Below are positions 59,183-64,000 of a stretch of DNA of 64,000 bases, one piece after another. The stretch spans positions 2,604,001-2,668,000 of the forward strand of contig CM102285.1 in NCBI GenBank assembly GCA_046563655.1. The letters are read 5' to 3'. This stretch comes from Yuukianura sp. NJ FZ-2021 (Eukaryota). Position 1 is the first letter of the stretch, and every line of letters starts with the position of its first letter. The notes below the pieces were generated by a model. It did no database searches. It saw only the letters and a list, made by a program, of their open reading frames with translations, and was not told where the DNA came from. Made by a program: the position numbers and the translations under genes.

Positions 59183-59572
59183 TAGTGCTTCAAGTTCGAA
59201 CTTTAGAGTTCGAACTTTCGAACTCGAACCTGGCTGTTTTTCCAGGTTCGAAGTTCGAACTTGACTCAAAAGAGTTCGAACTTACACGTCAATATTGGCA
59301 AATATCCAACAATGCATGGATTTCAACCAAAGCCGAAGCATATTGCCACTGAAAGTAGCTTTAGTCCACTTTAAACCTATTGTTTTGAGTTAGTTTTTGA
59401 AAAAGAATTCAAATACAGAGGGAAATGCACTTCAGATGTGAATTGCGAAATTTATCACCCATGTCATTTTTTTTCACCGCCCCTTGCTTTTTGCACGTAA
59501 AAAAAGGTTCGAAAGTTCGAACTTAGGTTCGAAGTTCGAACTTTTCATTTTGGGCCCGAACTTGAAGCACTT
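59183..59572. mobile_element. Non-autonomous hAT-like DNA transposon (MITE), ~390 bp
   Basis: 15-bp TIRs agtgcttcaagttcg / cgaacttgaagcact with a TAG start. The 8-bp target-site duplication is tgggagcc (59175-59182) / tgggagcg (59573-59580). Both ends carry subterminal arrays of the palindrome gttcgaac. There is no ORF. Confidence 0.85.
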
Positions 59573-62500
59573 TGGGAGCGGACAAAAAGTGGATCAACTC
59601 TGGAACAGCTGAAACAGTGCTGACTTTTGTCAGAAACGCTCGTAGCTTCAAGTAGAGATCTAAAATGCTCTTTTCGAAGTTGAACAAGGGTTTGAGGAGA
59701 AAAGTGGAAACGGATTTCTTTTGTTCTTATTTTGTTTTCTCCAGATTTTCCATTAGTGTAATTGTTTTGTCTCGGAAATCAGGAGACATTGAGCAGTCGC
59801 TTCTGGTGATGAGAGACAGTGTAATGGGGGTTAAACCTAAAAAATAGCAGCGAGCAATACGGTTAGGCTCGGTATTACGTTAGGGACGGTGATTTTAACC
59901 TTACATTACTACTACACTGATTCCCGTTGTAATCGCCTTCTAAATGGCATCAAAGTGTCGCTCACCAGGTACTTACACTGAAAGGCAATTCGAACTACTA
60001 CTCTAATCCCCTTGACTTGCGTCAGACGAACAATCAACATTAGAAACATCATCAAATGTTAAATTTTCAAAAGATTTTCAAAAATTTTTTGGTTAAATTT
60101 AATATAATTTCTCCAAAGGAGTTGCAAAAAAATAAATCAAAAATTTAAACAAAGTGTTTGATATGATGATTTCAGAATTTTGGAAAGACTTTCATCAGTG
60201 TGGAGCAGGCTTAATTCGGATTTTCAAAATTACAAAATCAATGAGTTCCAAGTTCATACACAAAAATTGGTTGAACTTTTTCGAAAGCTACCGATATGGA
60301 ACCGTGTTTCCAAAAAAAAATCGTTTTTGATGACTTGTAAAAAAGTGTTTTTTTTTGTTTTGTTTTTTTTTTTGAAATTTTGGATTTCTGTTCAACGTGT
60401 GTACGTCGCAGGCCTTTTCCCTTTCCGCTTTACCATTTCCGTTGCTCTCAATTTTTTCTGTGTAGTTCGTGCTTCCTCTTCCTTATGAAGAAAAGACGCG
60501 CGCAAAAAAGTGCCAAAGGGAAGAAAATGCAATTTCCTTGAGAAAATATGATTAGATTTTCCCCAAAGCACAAAACGGTACGCGGAATTGCGTTCGAGTT
60601 GCTACGGTCAATTTCATTATTACCTAACTTTTTCTGAGGAGCTGGGACAAGGCTGGAAACGAACTAAAGCTTAAGGTTAAATTCTATTAACTGACGAGTG
60701 CAAAGGGATCTTGACCTTTGACCACAAAAAAGCTGACCCTGAGGCAAAATGATTTCCCACCAACACGAAACATGACTTTTTTGCTACTCTGACTGATTAT
60801 TTTTTCATGTGTATCATAACACCGATGTAACAAAAACACAGACAAAATCCCAAAGTGTTCAAAATTTTGCACCAACAAGCTCAGCAGATCACCAAGCGCT
60901 CAGCGCATCAACTAAAAGTTAAATCTAAATTTTTTGCTTAGTTTGGTTATGCCACTGCAGGTTCATTTTATTTATATAGATTTTCGGCATCGAATGAAGG
61001 ATTTTGACATGAATGAAAAATGTTATTTTTTGGCAGCTTGTTGCTAGGAAGTTGGTACGTGAACGACGTTGTCATCTCTGCTGCCACTGCAAATGTTGAT
61101 CCTGCTAATGACTCCAGCCTGTCTGTCAGTTTTCTAAAAATGATACGCTCGTTAAGTTAAGAAAAGCAGGATTGGGTGTCATGTAAACTTGAGATGTGCC
61201 TGTCATCCCGTTGGCAAGTCGATTCCAGCCACCCTGTCAAGTTTCAAGTGTCAACAACCTCCTCCTCCGTTCAAAACGTGACGAGAACAGATTTTTCAAA
61301 AAATATAAATTTTAAAAAAACTTGGATCTAAATCTAGAAAAATCTGAAATTGTCCAAACTCCTGCCGAAGAGAGTTTTAAATTACATGGGTACAACACAA
61401 CACATTCATCAATTTTTGGAAAACTCCATTTTGAAATTTTACTGAATACTGGAAATTGTAGATTGTTCATTGTGTGGGGTTTTGGCATTGGTTGACTGCC
61501 AAAGGATTCCGATGCCAAATGTCAGCAGATTAAAGGGAATTGGATTCCGTTTCTCATTAGATGCTCCCCACCCAGAGTGTCAAGTCCCACCACCGCCCCC
61601 ATTTCTAGTCTAACCTAACTTATGTTAGATTAGTCCAACTTTGTGTGTAACCGTGCAGTTCCACCAGTATACTATGATCATCAGTTTCCAAATTCCTCTT
61701 CCAAAAAGGAAAGCAACAATTTCAAAAACAATTTTCCATTTTCTCGAATCAGTTCCCGGGTGACTATGCGAGTTATGTAGGAATTCCACACTCATTACTG
61801 AAGGGAAATTCAAGTCCAGATCGAGAAATGAGAATCCAATAAGAACGAAGGAGCCTCGGAACGTGTGGTAGCAGTTTCTAAATATTCAAAAAAGAATAAT
61901 GAAAAGTGAAAGTATTTTGCTTGGAAAACTGTAAAGCAATTTCTAATCCATTCAAATTTTAGTTCACAAACTTTATTACGAGCAAAAAAAAATTAAGTCA
62001 AAGGGAAATCACAAAATTTGAAGTTTCCCGGAAACTAATTTATTTCAAAAGTATTTTTCAATCAAAATTGTCCGTGCATTTTTATATTTTTTTACCAACA
62101 AAAAATTGTATAACCTCAAGCAAGCCTGCCTGCTCCGTGTCGATAACGGTTCAAGTTTTCAATTCCAAGTCGGAATTAAATAAATTCAATCTTGGCAGGA
62201 AAATTAAAATTTTTGAATCAATAAAGTCCCTGTTTTAGAATTCGGTTTTCTCGAAACGAGAACTTTAGAAAGTGAAATTGAAACCGCACATATGACATCT
62301 GAAAACGAGTCGGAAGTGACGAAAAGTTTTAAATTTTCACCATAAAATAATTATTGCTTTAGCTTCCTGTGCTCAAGTTTTAAAAGTGTGCGGGAGAAAG
62401 TTTTTGAACTCCCAGAGATGAAAAGTACACGAAGCATGGACCCTTTGTCAAAATGGATTGAATTTTCTGAAAATGTTGAAGAAAAACTTTCCTCAAAATT

Positions 62501-64000
62501 TTGAAGTTGCTTAAAAACTTTTTTTTATAGAAAAGTTTTTAATAACTGGATTTAATGTCCTAGTTTTGCTTTTGTTCCTTCCATTCTCTTTTTCTTTCCC
62601 TGATGAATCCAAATTCAAAATTTTGTTGGGAAATTCAAAAGGGAAAACTTTTTTGACTTAATCCAATTCGTTTTAATTGTTATTGTAATCAAGGATCTCA
62701 AATTACTTTCAAAGAAAACTCACTTTTGTAAAGAAATAAACTTTCAACACAATCCTCTTTTCCCTGTGAATAACAAAAACACAAGTTTCTTTTTGCTTTC
62801 TCCAAGGCACTCTGTTCTCCATTTTCAAAATACAAAAATAAATGTGTTCCTTTTCAAAAGAAAAACGAAATCTCTCTGTAGAGGCTGGAATTTAACACTG
62901 GCGCCAATAAAAGTTCAAGTTGCTTGGAGCGCGTAGATTTAAAAGCAGTTGAGTTCCTTTTATGACGCTTTCATTTGATCAGGTTTCAATGATTCTTGGG
63001 TTTCTTTTTTGGCAATGGTTCAGATGAGTGGCCATTTGAAGAAGGAATTTAATTCAATTGTCTTTTGACCAGCGCGCGCTTTTTTGAGTTTACTGGAATT
63101 CGTTTCATTGGTTTTTGTTTCTCCGATTTCTGGTTCAAATGGGCCTCGTAATTTGAAAAGGAAGATCAAAGCGTTTTGCAGTGCTCAAATAACCACAGAA
63201 AACACCGTACTTCTTCAAGTGTCGTTCCCAATTCGAATTTGAAACTTTGAAATGAGGGAATTTCAAAAAATTCAAAATTGGCGCGGTTTCCACTTTCTTT
63301 GCAAATTAAGGATTTCTGTGGCTTTTGTAGTTTTTTTTTAAAACAACAATCTACGGCAGTTAAAAAAAATCAAAATTGAAATGAGTTTCAAGTTGAAGTT
63401 ATATTCTATTTTGTTCACAACATCGTCTGTTGATGACCAAAACCAATTTTGGTTTGTTTTGATTTTCCGTTTGAACAAATATTTGGAGTTTTTAATTCAA
63501 AATTTTTAAGAAATATTTGCCTTGTACTAATAAAAAAAAGTTACTCGCAATTGCCAAATGTAATTTTTTACCTACAGTTGCTTCTCTTAGTTTCAGCTTT
63601 TATTTATTTATTTTTTGTTCATGAAATAAAAAGTAGCCGTGAAGGTTAGATTAATAAGAAGATGATTAAAACTGTCTCGTCAGAAATTTAATTAAAGTGA
63701 AAGTGCGGATGACATGAGCTCAGCTCCTTTTTTAATTTACTTTTTCATAAGTACGCAACAGTTCATCCCATCAACGTTCAAAGTATCCTTCATCAAGGCT
63801 CAAAGTCAAGCTTCACTTTCACTCTTTAATTGTCTTTCAAATTCTCAGAAAATTCAGTGTTCAACGTAAATGTACACGTCGGCTGCCGAAGGTTATCAGA
63901 TTAGACTTCTTAAGTTTTTTGTTCAATCAAAAGTTGAGGCTTCTCAATTTTAAAACTTTACTGACAATTAATAATTGATTTTGAGCAGAAGATTTAGCTG

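Noticed and set aside
59183-59572. Palindromic repeats as a CRISPR-like array
   Set aside because: The context is eukaryotic, there is no regular repeat-spacer periodicity, and TIR plus TSD explain it as a MITE.
61775-61800. Partial matches to other miRNAs (miR-279-like ccacactcatta here; miR-153-like at ~29377; miR-184-like at 47941)
   Set aside because: The seed or body mismatches, and there is no supporting hairpin.
27000-64000. Dozens of 60-177 aa ORFs in the ORF track
   Set aside because: They are K/F/L/S-rich, mostly have non-ATG starts, and show no motifs or consistent splice structure. This is what AT-rich non-coding DNA produces by chance.

Overview
This is AT-rich eukaryotic DNA with short GT-AG introns. 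The gene content points to an arthropod, plausibly a springtail-like hexapod (inference). The first ~27 kb is gene-dense. It holds the 3' end of a type I polyketide synthase (KR tail-ACP-terminal thioester reductase, with an intron), a CLIP-domain serine protease, and a Tmc channel gene with a very large Thr/Ser-rich loop insertion. Next come five intronless EF-hand protein paralogues, interleaved with a gustatory-receptor-like gene and a small secreted 8-Cys CSab-like peptide. A divergent gene with three dsRNA-binding domains (Loqs/R2D2/TRBP-like) closes this block. The remaining ~37 kb has no credible protein-coding gene but contains a clear mir-124 hairpin (44586-44656), a hAT-type MITE, and two palindromic ecdysone-response-like elements; two more lie at Tmc. 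Other notable structure includes a 71-bp near-perfect palindrome at the edge of an inverted EF-hand duplication, gene-conversion mosaicism among the EF-hand genes, and a 100-N gap that looks like a false gap between overlapping contig ends. Exon boundaries were read by eye and are untested.
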